Position numbers and translations under genes: made by a program
Shown here: in pieces, positions 1 to 11,026 of the stretch
How the letters are laid out: each line of letters opens with the position of its first letter
How positions within the stretch are numbered: position 1 is the stretch's first letter
Notes under the pieces: generated by a model
The model's input: only the letters and a program-made list of their open reading frames with translations
Databases searched by the model: none
Told to the model about the DNA's origin: nothing
Origin: Deltaproteobacteria bacterium
GTDB taxonomy: Bacteria > Desulfobacterota > Desulfarculia > Adiutricales > Adiutricaceae
Assembly: GCA_031276635.1 (NCBI GenBank)
Contig: JAISMU010000045.1
Coordinates: 2,955-66,954, forward strand
Direction of reading: 5' to 3'
DNA length: 64,000 nucleotides

Positions 1-1388
1 CTCTGGTGAGTCGGGAACACATTGCCGACTCTGTGGAGATCATGGCTATGGCTCATCCATTTGACGGTTTGGTTTTTATTCCAAATTGCGACAAAATTGT
101 GCCTGGCATGATCATGGCGGCGTTAAGGTTAAACATACCCTCGGTCTTTGTCAGTGGTGGGCCGATGCTTGGCTACCAAACCCGAGGCCAGAAATTAACC
201 CTCTCCAGCGCGTTTGAGGCAGTGGGGCGGGCTGATAAGATTAGCGAGGTGGAAATCAAGGAAATTGAGGATTACGCTTGTCCGGGTTGTGGATCTTGCG
301 CTGGCATGTTTACGGCCAATTCCATGAATTGTATGACCGAGGCGGTTGGTCTTGGCTTACCAGGCAATGGAACCATTCCGGCCATCCACGCTGGGCGGAT
401 CCGTTTGGCCAAAAAAGCCGGTTTCAAGGTCATGGAACTATTAAGAAAAAATATTCGGCCTCGAGACATTGTTACTACCGATTCATTGCGTAACTCCCTA
501 GCCGCCGATATGGCCTTGGGCTGCTCATCGAACACTGTTCTCCATCTTCTGGCCATCTCCCATGAGGCTGGTATAACCCTGGATCTGGAATTGATAAATT
601 CCATCAGCAAGGCCACCCCTCACCTAGTTAAGCTCAGTCCAGCTGGTCCTGACACTCTGGCTGATCTTGATTTGGCCGGCGGGGTTCAGGCAGTCCTTAA
701 GGAGCTGGAAAAGGACAACTTGATAAATGGACAATGCGTTACAGCCACGGGAGAAACGGTGACCGAAAACCTTAAAAACGCGCGTAACCTGGATCCCACT
801 GTTATCAGATCTCGTGAAAACGCCTACTCTCCAGATGGAGGTCTGGCGATTCTCTGGGGCAACCTGGCTCCGGATGGAGCGGTGGTAAAAAAAGGAGCGG
901 TGCTCCCAGAGATGATGCGCCACGAGGGACCGGCTAGAGTTTTTGATTGGGAGGAAGATTGCACCGAGAGTCTTCTAAAAGGCGCTATCAAACCGGGGGA
1001 CGTAATCGTCATTCGTTACGAGGGACCCAAAGGCGGGCCTGGCATGAAGGAGATGTTAACACCCACCGCGACCCTGGCCGGTTTGGGGCTGGACAAAACC
1101 GTGGCCTTGATCACTGACGGACGATTTTCTGGGGCATCTCGAGGCGCCTCCATTGGGCACATTTCCCCCGAAGCTGCCGCCGGAGGAATCATTGGCCTGG
1201 TTGAGGAAAACGATCGAATTGTGATTGATATTCCAGCTAATAAGCTTGAGCTTAAAGTTGAGGATAGCGTTCTGGCGCAAAGGCGGGCCAATTGGCGGCC
1301 TTTGGACAAACCTGTGCCTAGGGGCTATTTGAGCCGGTACCGTCAGTTGGTCACTTCAGCTAACACTGGGGCGGTTTTGTCAATTTAG
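1..1388 (+). CDS. ilvD: dihydroxy-acid dehydratase, 5' end cut by window edge
   Basis: The ORF is open to the window edge. The translation carries IlvD/Edd family blocks ([58 protein letters not shown]). About 460 aa of an expected ~555 aa are present. Confidence 0.93.
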   Translation, partial: LVSREHIADSVEIMAMAHPFDGLVFIPNCDKIVPGMIMAALRLNIPSVFVSGGPMLGYQTRGQKLTLSSAFEAVGRADKISEVEIKEIEDYACPGCGSCAGMFTANSMNCMTEAVGLGLPGNGTIPAIHAGRIRLAKKAGFKVMELLRKNIRPRDIVTTDSLRNSLAADMALGCSSNTVLHLLAISHEAGITLDLELINSISKATPHLVKLSPAGPDTLADLDLAGGVQAVLKELEKDNLINGQCVTATGETVTENLKNARNLDPTVIRSRENAYSPDGGLAILWGNLAPDGAVVKKGAVLPEMMRHEGPARVFDWEEDCTESLLKGAIKPGDVIVIRYEGPKGGPGMKEMLTPTATLAGLGLDKTVALITDGRFSGASRGASIGHISPEAAAGGIIGLVEENDRIVIDIPANKLELKVEDSVLAQRRANWRPLDKPVPRGYLSRYRQLVTSANTGAVLSI

Positions 1389-1415
1389 ATTTTTTTTCGC
1401 GAAAATCCTGAGGGG

Positions 1416-1441
1416 AGGGCCCGACGATCCAGCCGGGCCCT
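1416..1441. terminator. GC-rich hairpin between convergent ilvD and the transporter gene
   Basis: AGGGCCCG (1416-1423) pairs perfectly with CGGGCCCT (1434-1441). It lies in the 137-bp gap between two convergent genes. A T-run (1390-1397) lies upstream on the + strand, equivalent to an A-run downstream for the - strand. There is no clean U-tract, so the call is tentative. Confidence 0.35.
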
Positions 1442-1525
1442 GGTCCTAATTTGTTCTAAGTTGGACTGGGACTTTTCCATCCAAAAGACCTGGGATTGAT
1501 AAACGGTTAAATTCTGACCAAAATA

Positions 1526-2473
1526 TTACTTTATTCTAGCCACCCCGACAATCATCATCATCACCCCGAACATTTGAATAATGACAATCTTCTCATCCAG
1601 GATATAAACGCCCATAAATACCGTCACCACTGGACCAATCATGCTCAACATGGCCGCCCGAGGAGCCCCGACCAGAGCCAAGCCTGAAGAAAGGGCGTAG
1701 ATGGGAATGACAGTTGACAGCGAGCTCATGAGAAAAACAACCCAGTAAAAACCCAAAGGCTGGACTATGCTGACCAGGGGCCGAGCCAAAAGAAAATGGA
1801 TGATAACACCCACACTGGCCGCCCCAAAAATGAGAGAAACAAAAAAATTAAGCGACTTTCCCCGGAAGAAGTAATCTACTCCGACTAAGTACAAAGCGTA
1901 AGTTAAGGCGGAAAAAAAAATATAAACTGTCCCAAGGATAAAATTATTCTGAGGGTTACCCAGGTTGGGCCACATCATCATAAAAAGGCCAGAATAACAG
2001 AGTAATAGACAAATAATAGTTGGTGAGGATATAGGAGTTCGCGTGATTATGGCGTTGATGATCACGACCATGGTGGGGTAAAGAAATAAAATCATGCGCC
2101 CGAGATTGGCGTCAATGTAATAAAGTCCAAGAAAATCCAGATAAGAGGACAGGTAATAACCACCCAACCCCAGAATAACAACCAGGATCCACTCTTTTCT
2201 GGAGAGCTGGATGACCCAGCTCCCCCGGGCGAGATTAAAGATTAAAATGGACAGGAAAAAAACTCCAGCCATCAGAACTCGGGAGGTCAAGAGAGTCAGG
2301 GGATCCACGTCATAGCGATAGGCCAGTTTGGTGAGAATGGTTTTGCCGGCGAATCCGACGCTGGCCAGGAGAACCAAAATAGTTCCCAGAGTTTGGGATG
2401 AAAAATTTTTGGAGCTCAAGGAAAGCCTCTTATGAAATAAAGGAAAAAAGGCCTCCGGTTTAGGGTCAGCCAA
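1526..2473 (-). CDS. EamA/DMT-family membrane transporter
   Basis: The 315-aa ORF is almost entirely hydrophobic helices (about 10) in the two-halves layout typical of drug/metabolite transporter (EamA) proteins. The start codon is TTG and is uncertain. Confidence 0.72.
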   Translation of the reverse strand: MADPKPEAFFPLFHKRLSLSSKNFSSQTLGTILVLLASVGFAGKTILTKLAYRYDVDPLTLLTSRVLMAGVFFLSILIFNLARGSWVIQLSRKEWILVVILGLGGYYLSSYLDFLGLYYIDANLGRMILFLYPTMVVIINAIITRTPISSPTIICLLLCYSGLFMMMWPNLGNPQNNFILGTVYIFFSALTYALYLVGVDYFFRGKSLNFFVSLIFGAASVGVIIHFLLARPLVSIVQPLGFYWVVFLMSSLSTVIPIYALSSGLALVGAPRAAMLSMIGPVVTVFMGVYILDEKIVIIQMFGVMMMIVGVARIK

Positions 2474-2515
2474 ATCTCTCCAAGGCCATAGACGGCCTTG
2501 GAGAGATCTAAAGGG

Positions 2516-5500
2516 TTACTTAACTGTTATTTTTTGACCAGCTCCCAGGCCGAAGTTTTCTGGAAAATACATTTCTTCCACCTTCGGGCCGGGAACAGTG
2601 TACTGGCCTGGGGTAGCCGGGCGGATCAGGTAAGAGTAAGTGTAGACTCCGGCGGGGACGTATTCGGAGGTGGCCAGAACTCGGTTAGGCCAGAATTCCT
2701 CGTGATCATGCCAGGTCAGGTCGCTATCATCGTTGTTAGAGCTCAGTAAAGACAGAAGAGAACGGTCTGAGTCTTTGAGACTGAAATTGATGGGCTCAAA
2801 CCCGGCCGGCACGCGATCCTCCAGGATCAGATTATGACGGGCCACCGGAGTCATGAAAGTAACTGTAACTTTAACCACCTGACCTCGTTGGAAAACTGTC
2901 TGCCCAGGGTTTTGAGGCTCCGGTCGCCAAACAGCGTAGGAGCGGGAGACGGTAATTCCATTGGCGGACACTGGTCGCAAATCTGGCTCCTTGGGGGCGA
3001 AGGTCAGTCTGGCTGAGGCCCAGGCTCGGCCTGAACCCTCGGTCAGAAACTTGATTTTATTTAGCCCGGCCAGAGCCGAAGCGGCGATTGACCGCGAGAT
3101 GGGCTTATTGACAAAGGAGTTGAAGGTTACTTTTTCCAGTTTCCTATCCGCGACTGGCGGCTCAAGCAGAGTTTCAATAGTCAGGTCAGGATTTTCTGAC
3201 TCCGCTTTGTTTATATAGGAACTCAAGGCCAAAAGGGCCGTTAGATTGGATTGGGTGGAACCAAAGGAGCCACGGCGACCCAGATCAGACAGACTCCGGA
3301 TTAAGCCTGGAATCAGTTGATTATATGGGGCCGCCTCAGCTAAGGTTAAAAGGGTCAAGGCTGTGAGCTGACCCTCATCAACCCAAAGGTTGGGGATGGA
3401 GTTACGACTGGCCCCAACGTTGATTTGATTGGCGATCATAGGTAGAAGGGTTCGTAACTGTTCGACCCGGTCCCGGTTTCTGGGGAGAGCGTTGATCCCT
3501 CGGGTAAGGCTCAGGAGCTCATAAAGACTCAAGCCTGACCGGTCTTGGTAAAAACTTTCCAGAAAGCTCTCGGGCTGGGAATCGAGTTTGGCCAGAACCG
3601 AGGCGGCGTAGATCTGTAAAGATTTAATGTCCAAAGAGGAGTACCAGGTTGGAGCCTGAAAATCCTGGCCGCTTAAAATGGAGTTGACATAACTGGTGGT
3701 GTTAGCCAGAAGACTTTGAGGAACCTGGAAACCGTCCTTATTAGCCTCCACGAGAAAATCAAGAATAAAAACGCTTAAATGAGGATTGCGGTCACTCCAG
3801 CTTGTCTGAGAGGCCCATAAAGCGTAACCACCGCCTCGCTCGCGAGATTCTATCAGGCGCAGCTGGCTTTCCACCATCTCTCTCTGTTTATTTTCCTCCT
3901 CTGGCGGAGTTTTTTTCCAGTTCTTTACCCGCAGCAGGGCCAGGGCTCCAAAAGCCCGAGAGGTGGATTGCTCTAGACATAGATAGGGATAGTTGGCCAG
4001 ATATTCCCAGGGGCTGGCCAGAAATGGGGCTAGAGTGGGGGAGATTTCCACAACCAGGCCCCCGCGGGTCGGGTCCAGATTTTCAATTAAGCTCAGGTCT
4101 ATGACCGTTTCCCCCGGCGTCAGCTCTCGGAAGGCGGCTTGGGAGCTTAGTTGACTTAAGTAGTTGATGGGGGTCAGATATTTGGCCGCGTCACTATCCT
4201 GACCCAGGCTGGCCTCAAAAGTGAGGAAGGCCGGGCCTGGTTGGTTGGCCTTGACCCGAAAGCCCACCTCCTGGCTGCTGTTCTCGGCGACCTGAACAGT
4301 TTTGACGTTGGTAGGTTCCAGGAGTTCCAGGTTTTCCAGATTGGCTGTAACTTGGGCTTCCCCGCCAGGGCCGCGGTTGGAGACGATGACTGAGGCTGTG
4401 AATTCGTCGCCCAGCCCCGCCTGGGCAGGGAGAGCCGACCTTAAGAGAAGGTTTTTGGTTACGAGAATCTCCGCCACTCCGGTTCCGGTCTGGCGACCTG
4501 GGCCAGTGGCGATAGCGTAGATTTTAAAGGTAGTCAGATTGTCGGGCAGCGTGAAGGCGACCGTGGCCCGGCCAGCGCCGTCTAGTTGGACAAATGGTTC
4601 GAAGTGGGCCAGGTTTTGGAAATTGGCCCGCAAAAAATTGTTTTCCCTGGCGGACATGGGCCCCCCGCCTCCGCCCGGCTCCACGCCCTTGTAGCCCCAG
4701 TCACGGCGCCCGATGAGGTCTTGCAGGTTATTGAAGGTAGTGACCATCAAAGGCCGAGGTTTAAAAAACTCTTTTTCAGGATAATAGCCTTCCTCGCCTC
4801 CAACCTGGACCAACCCGGCGTCCACCACCACCAGGGCCACTTCGCCACGGGCCGGAGAGCCATTGGCGTCCGTGACCTCCAGGTCCACGGTCACGCTCTC
4901 CTGAGGCCGATACTCGGTTTTCTGGGGTGTGGCCTTGACGTTCAGGAGATCCGGATTTCCAGTAACCTTGAGGGTTAGATAGCCTTGGCGGTAAGTGGGT
5001 TTGCCGAGATCCACGTTGTCCTTGTCGGGCTGGTCGCTGATTCGGCCCCGGGTCAGAATAACGGAGACATAGACATTGGGCCCATCAGCCTGACTTAAAG
5101 GCACCTCCAGAACCGGGCTCTGACTATTCAACTCAAACTTCTGGACCTGTCTTAACCCAGATCTTTCCACGGTCAAAAGGCCCTGGCCACTCTGGAAGGG
5201 GCTCTGAACCAGAATCTTGGCCGTATCGCCAGGCTTATAAACGCTCTGGTCTGGAATCATGGTGAGAGAGTCATCATTGCTAAAATCCCAGCCCACCGGA
5301 CCGGGCCCAAAAGCGTAAAAGGAGACCGACGCCTGGTTAGGCCGACCCTTTGAGTCGACAATTTTAGCCTGGACAAAGTACTGGCCGGATTTGGGAATAT
5401 CCAGTTTAAAGTTGACCAACTGGTCAAGGGAGGTCAATTTAGAGCCAGAGATCTCCTCATCAACCTTTTTGGCTTGATAGAGATAGGCGTTACCCACCGA

Positions 5501-8359
5501 CCGTCGCCGGACAGTCTGCCAGACCCGCCGGAAAAGCTTGATTTCCACCGGAGTTTTGGCTACCAAATCGCCATTCAGATCCACCACGGCCAGGTCCAGC
5601 TCGACCGGGGAACCCACTCGCGCCAGGGCGGACTTGTTTTTGAGGGCCACGTAAAGAGAGGCCGGGTGGGCTAGAAAGTTGGCTTGTTTGGCGACGACCC
5701 GTTGGTCCACATCGGTGGCCGCCAGAATTACTTCCACCTTTCTGGGTCGGGGGATCGACTCTGGGGGAATAGTCAGATCAAAAGAGACCCGACCAGCCTG
5801 ATCGAGCTTAAACTGTCCCGAGCCCATGGTCTCCACACCCCGTTGGCAGTAGTCACAGTCTGGGGGTTGATTAGCGAAATTATCGATCAAGGAAAAGCCG
5901 GGCAATTTGGGAAAAGCCAGATCCTCGGCGGTAATGGCGAACGCGTCGTAATACCCGACGTTATCAGCCACTGGGGAACCGAAGTGGTAACGGGCCGTAG
6001 CTGAGACGGTGATTTTCTGGCCCGACTCGGTCGTTGGCAAGGGGTCAAAGGTGAGATCAAAGGCCGGGGTTCGGAAGACCTGGACCTCAAAGGACCCCAG
6101 ATTAGAGAATTGACCATTTTGCTGAAACTTCTCCCAGGAGCTGACTAGGGGGTCAAAGTCGGGATCGGTTATGAGCGCGACCGTGTAGGAGCCTAAGGCG
6201 GCGGAGGGGTCGAGGGGGAGATCATAAGAAAAAGTGCCCAGCTCGGAAAACTGGATCTTGTCCTGCTTGACCAACTCGCCACTCGGGCCGAGGATGACCA
6301 GGCTGGCCGACTCAGGCTGGAGAGAGACGATCTGGTCGCCTTTAATGAGCCGGCTGATGCCTTTGAGACGGGCCGTTTCGCCTGGCAGATAAATGGGCTG
6401 GGCCGACAAAAGCCAGTTGAGGTATTGCGGGGGGCCCAGAGGTTGGGCGTAAGAGCTATACTTAATGTCGTAACGCCAATAGTCAAACCCGTTCTGGCTG
6501 ATGTTCCAGACTCCGGCTTGGCCCTTATAGTCGGCAATGAGATAAAAGCTTGGCGGAGAGCTGGACTCATATGCGGTTTTCTTAGGAACGGCCTGGGCCG
6601 GGAGCTTAGAAAAAATGGCCTCGCGGCCAGGCAAGCGGGCTAAACCTGTCGCGTCGGTCTGGCCACTCCAATAGACCTGGTCGCCCGGGCCTCGGAGCTC
6701 CAGATCCACGCCGGCCAAGCTCTGGCCGAGGCTTAAGTCATAAACCCAGACCAGCCCATCGTCATAGCCGATTTTAGCGGTTACGCCCAAATCGGTAATC
6801 TGATAAAAGTGGCTTTGTTTAAGCTGGTCAGCGCTGTCAGTAATGGCCAACAGCAGAACCTGACCCTGGCTATCAGGGGCGAAGAGCTCTTTTAAGTTGA
6901 CCCCCATCATGGTTGGCCCGTAAATGGCCCCCTGGGGAGGCCGTAGGGTCAATTGGCGGCTCTGGCCGTATTGCCTGGCCAATTTAAGGAACCGCTGACG
7001 TCGTTCCTCATAATTGAGCTTATAATCTCTGACGGTTTCCATGACTTTGACGGCGTCGACCGGACTCAGGGCGTAACCTTGGATCACCGCCTGAGGCATA
7101 TTGGTGATGGCGACTGGGACAATCGGGGGCGAGGAAGTTTCAAGGAAACCGTCGCTCTGCTTAAAAGTGATGTCCGGTTCGTAGGCTTTAGTCCGAAAAG
7201 AGAGCTTTTGAGGCTCGGTCATTTTTTGGCCGTAGATGTCCTCAGCCCCGGCCTTGATGGTCACCACATAGTTGGTCAAAGCCCGGAATGGAGCCCAGAA
7301 AGGTAGAGCGTTGGTATTGTAATCATACTCAGGCGGGAATTGGCCGCTCTCTCTGAGAGCGCTTTTAACCGCCTCTTTTTGCCACAGAAACCCCGTGTAA
7401 GGCGGGTCAAACTCAATAAAGTCCATAATCTTGGCAAAATTTACCGGGTTATTAAACTGTATGGAGAAATAGTCATTAGGCTCAAACAAGCAGGGCTCAG
7501 CCGAGTCCTGGGGACAAGAGGAAAGGAGAGACGCTCGCAAAGGCCCGGGAGTCTGACCCTCCATCAGAACCATCTCCGCTTGAGAGAGGCGAGGGCCAGC
7601 CAAGGAGATAAGTTTGGGCTCAGCCACCAGCTGAAAGGTTGAGCGTGGCGGTAGAACCGAGTCGGATTCCACGACGACGCTCCAGTAGCCCTGGCCAGCG
7701 TAATCCGTAGGGCTGGGATCGCGCCAGAGGGCCTTGACCCGAGACTTTTGACCCTCAGAGTCAGTCACGACAAAGACGCTTTTGTCAGCCAAGGTTTTTA
7801 AATCCAGAGGTTGATTGAAGTAAACCATATAGGCGGCCCGAAAGCCTTCCTCGGGTTTGGCTTGTTCCAAAAAGCTAGAGCTCATGACCTGAATATCCGG
7901 CAGGGAAATGGTTATTTCGGCTCCCTCAGTCAGGGCGGCCCCCGCGAGGGATTTAAGGCCTGGATTGACTTTGGCCCTCAGGAGCAGGCTTCCTTTGAGG
8001 GGTTTTTCCGGGACAAAGGCCAGGGTGTACTCGTTGAGCCAGCGAATTTGACCGGGTATTTGCGGATCCAGCTCCAAAACGCCTGGGGGGACATTCTCAT
8101 ACTGACCTAGGGCGACCATGGGTTGATTGAGGATGACCACAATTTGCTCCAGGGTTTTAACTGGCCCAGCGGGTAGAAATTGGAGGATTTTCAGCTCCTC
8201 CCCAGCCGGGGGGCTAGGGGCGGCCTGCCCTGAATCCGAGGCGATTACCGGCTTGGGCTGGGCGTCCTGAGTTGAGGGCTCCGATTTAGGGGGCTCGTCA
8301 CAACCACCAAGGGCCAAGGCGAAAGCGAAAAAGGCGGCGAAGAACAGGGATTTGGTCAT
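2516..8359 (-). CDS. bacterial alpha-2-macroglobulin family lipoprotein (1947 aa)
   Basis: The N-terminus has a lipoprotein signal peptide with lipobox (FALALGGC). The thioester motif CLEQ sits in YPYLCLEQSTSRAF. A Shine-Dalgarno GGAGAGGA lies upstream of the ATG. Length and repeated beta-rich segments are typical of YfhM-like A2M proteins. Confidence 0.9.
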   Translation of the reverse strand: MTKSLFFAAFFAFALALGGCDEPPKSEPSTQDAQPKPVIASDSGQAAPSPPAGEELKILQFLPAGPVKTLEQIVVILNQPMVALGQYENVPPGVLELDPQIPGQIRWLNEYTLAFVPEKPLKGSLLLRAKVNPGLKSLAGAALTEGAEITISLPDIQVMSSSFLEQAKPEEGFRAAYMVYFNQPLDLKTLADKSVFVVTDSEGQKSRVKALWRDPSPTDYAGQGYWSVVVESDSVLPPRSTFQLVAEPKLISLAGPRLSQAEMVLMEGQTPGPLRASLLSSCPQDSAEPCLFEPNDYFSIQFNNPVNFAKIMDFIEFDPPYTGFLWQKEAVKSALRESGQFPPEYDYNTNALPFWAPFRALTNYVVTIKAGAEDIYGQKMTEPQKLSFRTKAYEPDITFKQSDGFLETSSPPIVPVAITNMPQAVIQGYALSPVDAVKVMETVRDYKLNYEERRQRFLKLARQYGQSRQLTLRPPQGAIYGPTMMGVNLKELFAPDSQGQVLLLAITDSADQLKQSHFYQITDLGVTAKIGYDDGLVWVYDLSLGQSLAGVDLELRGPGDQVYWSGQTDATGLARLPGREAIFSKLPAQAVPKKTAYESSSPPSFYLIADYKGQAGVWNISQNGFDYWRYDIKYSSYAQPLGPPQYLNWLLSAQPIYLPGETARLKGISRLIKGDQIVSLQPESASLVILGPSGELVKQDKIQFSELGTFSYDLPLDPSAALGSYTVALITDPDFDPLVSSWEKFQQNGQFSNLGSFEVQVFRTPAFDLTFDPLPTTESGQKITVSATARYHFGSPVADNVGYYDAFAITAEDLAFPKLPGFSLIDNFANQPPDCDYCQRGVETMGSGQFKLDQAGRVSFDLTIPPESIPRPRKVEVILAATDVDQRVVAKQANFLAHPASLYVALKNKSALARVGSPVELDLAVVDLNGDLVAKTPVEIKLFRRVWQTVRRRSVGNAYLYQAKKVDEEISGSKLTSLDQLVNFKLDIPKSGQYFVQAKIVDSKGRPNQASVSFYAFGPGPVGWDFSNDDSLTMIPDQSVYKPGDTAKILVQSPFQSGQGLLTVERSGLRQVQKFELNSQSPVLEVPLSQADGPNVYVSVILTRGRISDQPDKDNVDLGKPTYRQGYLTLKVTGNPDLLNVKATPQKTEYRPQESVTVDLEVTDANGSPARGEVALVVVDAGLVQVGGEEGYYPEKEFFKPRPLMVTTFNNLQDLIGRRDWGYKGVEPGGGGGPMSARENNFLRANFQNLAHFEPFVQLDGAGRATVAFTLPDNLTTFKIYAIATGPGRQTGTGVAEILVTKNLLLRSALPAQAGLGDEFTASVIVSNRGPGGEAQVTANLENLELLEPTNVKTVQVAENSSQEVGFRVKANQPGPAFLTFEASLGQDSDAAKYLTPINYLSQLSSQAAFRELTPGETVIDLSLIENLDPTRGGLVVEISPTLAPFLASPWEYLANYPYLCLEQSTSRAFGALALLRVKNWKKTPPEEENKQREMVESQLRLIESRERGGGYALWASQTSWSDRNPHLSVFILDFLVEANKDGFQVPQSLLANTTSYVNSILSGQDFQAPTWYSSLDIKSLQIYAASVLAKLDSQPESFLESFYQDRSGLSLYELLSLTRGINALPRNRDRVEQLRTLLPMIANQINVGASRNSIPNLWVDEGQLTALTLLTLAEAAPYNQLIPGLIRSLSDLGRRGSFGSTQSNLTALLALSSYINKAESENPDLTIETLLEPPVADRKLEKVTFNSFVNKPISRSIAASALAGLNKIKFLTEGSGRAWASARLTFAPKEPDLRPVSANGITVSRSYAVWRPEPQNPGQTVFQRGQVVKVTVTFMTPVARHNLILEDRVPAGFEPINFSLKDSDRSLLSLLSSNNDDSDLTWHDHEEFWPNRVLATSEYVPAGVYTYSYLIRPATPGQYTVPGPKVEEMYFPENFGLGAGQKITVK

Positions 8360-9076
8360 GGTTTATCCTCTCCAGGCGTTGACCTGAAAAATTATATGAC
8401 AAGTCATTAAATAATCATCAAATAAGTATAAAAAAAGATAAATAAAAAGTCAAAAAATTTTTGTAAACACCTCAGACTGACCATAGTTTGTTCGGAAGGC
8501 AAATTTTATCAATAGCGGTCTTAAGTCAAATGGTCCGGAAAATTAAAGGGGAAAAAAATAGAACGGACGTTAGTCCCTTTTTTTTCCTCGGATTTGAGCC
8601 CTAAAATGTTAAGATAAGTTGTCGAATTTATTTTAAAATAAAAAAAAACCGAAAAATTTCTTCAGTTAGCCCTTTTTTTTCTTGACTTCTTTCGGCCATG
8701 AGCTTAAAAATTAATTGTCAGCCCACTTTTTGGGCCGATAAAAATCAAGTAGCTCCCTTGACATTCGTCGGGGAAGACTTATTTTTAAGTTAAGACAAAC
8801 GGAGGTTTAACTAGTTTGGCCTTTGTTGGTTCTTACAGTCAGCCTCCTCAGGCTGGCCTCGGCTCAAGACCCGTCGCTCGTCAGTGGGTGATTCTGCGGC
8901 GGGCGGAAAAGACTTCTTTTCTGATCCAATTCGCCTTGATCAGGCGTTGGACTGAAAGGGCGATAGGGTAAAGGAGCCAAATCCCCTCAGCCTTCGGGCT
9001 GTTTTATCCCATCAAAAATCCGCGTATATATCCATTCAGTACGTATGGGGTTTACCCCATAACCTGCCAAAATAAA

Positions 9077-9104
9077 CAGCGGTCGCCATCACTGGCGACC
9101 GCTG
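9077..9104 (-). terminator. strong hairpin with T-run on the minus strand
   Basis: CAGCGGTCGCCA (9077-9088) and TGGCGACCGCTG (9093-9104) form a 12-bp perfect stem with a 4-nt loop. On the minus strand it is followed by TTTATTTT. Confidence 0.4.
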
Positions 9105-9306
9105 TCTCCGTTTGAGGCTCAGAAAAGAGCGGGCCAAACTTATCTCCATGATGTTAGATTTTAAACCGGAAGCTTGACTAAAAGCCAGTTAGATAAAAAT
9201 TTGGGTGTAGGGTTTTTTTAATTGGTAAATATTTCCTTATAATATGCTAAAATCGTCTCTGAGGATTCCCATCAATTTGTGAAATTAAACATTTTTTGGC
9301 CAAGGA

Positions 9307-9534
9307 GTGGAATATCCATATTTTAACAAGAAAGAAGTCTGTAACATAGCTAACCGAGGAAATTATGGCAAAAACCACGATAAGGACCTACTCAACTGTC
9401 TAATCTGTGGCAAATGTTTTGCCGCGACTCAACAAACTCCTTTATTAGGGGCTCACCTGCCCATTGAAAAGGTCCACCAGATTATCCACCACGCCGCCGC
9501 AGGCGTAAGCGTAAGGTCAACTGCCCGTCTCTAG
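9307..9534 (+). pseudogene. IS1-family InsA-like transposase N-terminal fragment (relic)
   Basis: The translation has a zinc-finger remnant (LNCLICGKCF). This is followed by an HTH-like block, HQIIHHAAAGVSVRSTARL-stop-EINKATVNQAI, which parallels the IS1 InsA block [27 protein letters not shown]. It is interrupted by a stop and no InsB-like part follows. Confidence 0.5.
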
Positions 9535-9760
9535 AAATTAACAAGGCCACTGTTAACCAGGCTATAGTCAAGGTAAGCGAAAAATTCTAAAGTTCGGATT
9601 TTTTGCCTACGTTAACTTCATGAAGAAAAAGGGCTCCATGGAACTGGCGCGGCTTAAACAAAACTAAGGATTCCCTTGATGGCTGTCTATTCGGCTAAGG
9701 CGGGGATGCCAAGCTTCATGGCCAAGCTCTTGGTTCGTAGAGTAGACAATATTTTTAAAA

Positions 9761-11026
9761 TTAAAAGTCAATAGAATAATTTATTAAAGCTATTATAGAT
9801 GTTAAGAAAATCAAAATACCAATTAATAAAGTAAAATTTTTAATTAATTGAAACTTAGTATAATCAATTTTTTTTGAATTAAATAGATTAAATATTTTAA
9901 TAATAAATTTTTTTCCAAATAAAGTTATTAAAATAATAAAAAATAAAAATACAATAGATAAATATTTAAATAAATATGCTAATAGTGTTGAATTTTTAGA
10001 AAAATCATACCAGGCAAGCGACAGGTCTTTAGGTAAAAAACTTGAGTGTTTAAATGAAATGTCTAAGTCTTCTTGAGCTATAGAAGTATTAACACAAGGA
10101 TTTTGTAATATAATATCAATGCCAGTTTTACCTTTTCGAAGGTTTCCATAAATATATTCAAAACTTTGTTGACCGCATTTTGACATAAATTCAATTAATT
10201 GGTTACTTTGATTGAATTTATGACTAATAGAAAAAATATGACTAAAATAATGAGATTTTTCTGGTAAAATATCTATTAATTTGTTTAATTGATTTATTTG
10301 ATCTATATCATTGCATGATTGTAATCTTAATGAAAATTGAGACCATGAACCTGATTTTTTATATAACTCATATATTGGAATAAAAATATTTTGTAATTTA
10401 GTAATTTTTTCCGAATTATTATAGTCACTAAAACCTTTTAATACCATTTTTAAAAAGTTTAACATTTTAGGTGAAAAAAGTCCAGCTTTTTTAGCATTTT
10501 TAGCTAAAGAAACACCTGGATCAGCTGGCGGATATAAGCTACTAGCCAATCCGGCAGCGCTTAAGAGAACCACTACTTCATCTGTGTTGTCTTTTAAAAT
10601 TAGTTCTTTAGTTAAATCCCGAAAATCTCCCCAAATAATAAAATCGCCAGTTGTCGCTCCGGCTAAACTGCTTAAATCATCAATTTCTCCGGTTAAAAAA
10701 CCTTTTCCAGCACTATAAGCCTTACCTAAAATAGAATTTTTATCTTCTAATTTTTTTGAATAAACTTGTTTTAAATGTTCAACTGGAAATTTATCAGCCA
10801 TATTATTGACAGAAATATATTCTAAAACAGAAATAGCAGATATAAAATCATCTTTAGATGCATATTCTTCTGCAATAGGACGAAAATCAACATCTGGTAA
10901 TTCAGCTAATTTATTTAAAAAATTACTTTGATCATTTTGAATTGTTTTAGGAAGAATAAATTCAAATATAGCAATATATAATGAGATACATAATAAAATA
11001 ATTAAAATAATTCTGGCTTTTAACAT
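9761..11026 (-). CDS. hypothetical membrane protein encoded by very AT-rich DNA
   Basis: This is a 421-codon open frame in DNA where stop codons should be frequent, which argues for a real gene. It has an N-terminal TM helix (IILIILLCISLYIAIFEFIL) and two C-terminal TM helices. I recognise no family. Confidence 0.6.
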   Translation of the reverse strand: MLKARIILIILLCISLYIAIFEFILPKTIQNDQSNFLNKLAELPDVDFRPIAEEYASKDDFISAISVLEYISVNNMADKFPVEHLKQVYSKKLEDKNSILGKAYSAGKGFLTGEIDDLSSLAGATTGDFIIWGDFRDLTKELILKDNTDEVVVLLSAAGLASSLYPPADPGVSLAKNAKKAGLFSPKMLNFLKMVLKGFSDYNNSEKITKLQNIFIPIYELYKKSGSWSQFSLRLQSCNDIDQINQLNKLIDILPEKSHYFSHIFSISHKFNQSNQLIEFMSKCGQQSFEYIYGNLRKGKTGIDIILQNPCVNTSIAQEDLDISFKHSSFLPKDLSLAWYDFSKNSTLLAYLFKYLSIVFLFFIILITLFGKKFIIKIFNLFNSKKIDYTKFQLIKNFTLLIGILIFLTSIIALINYSIDF

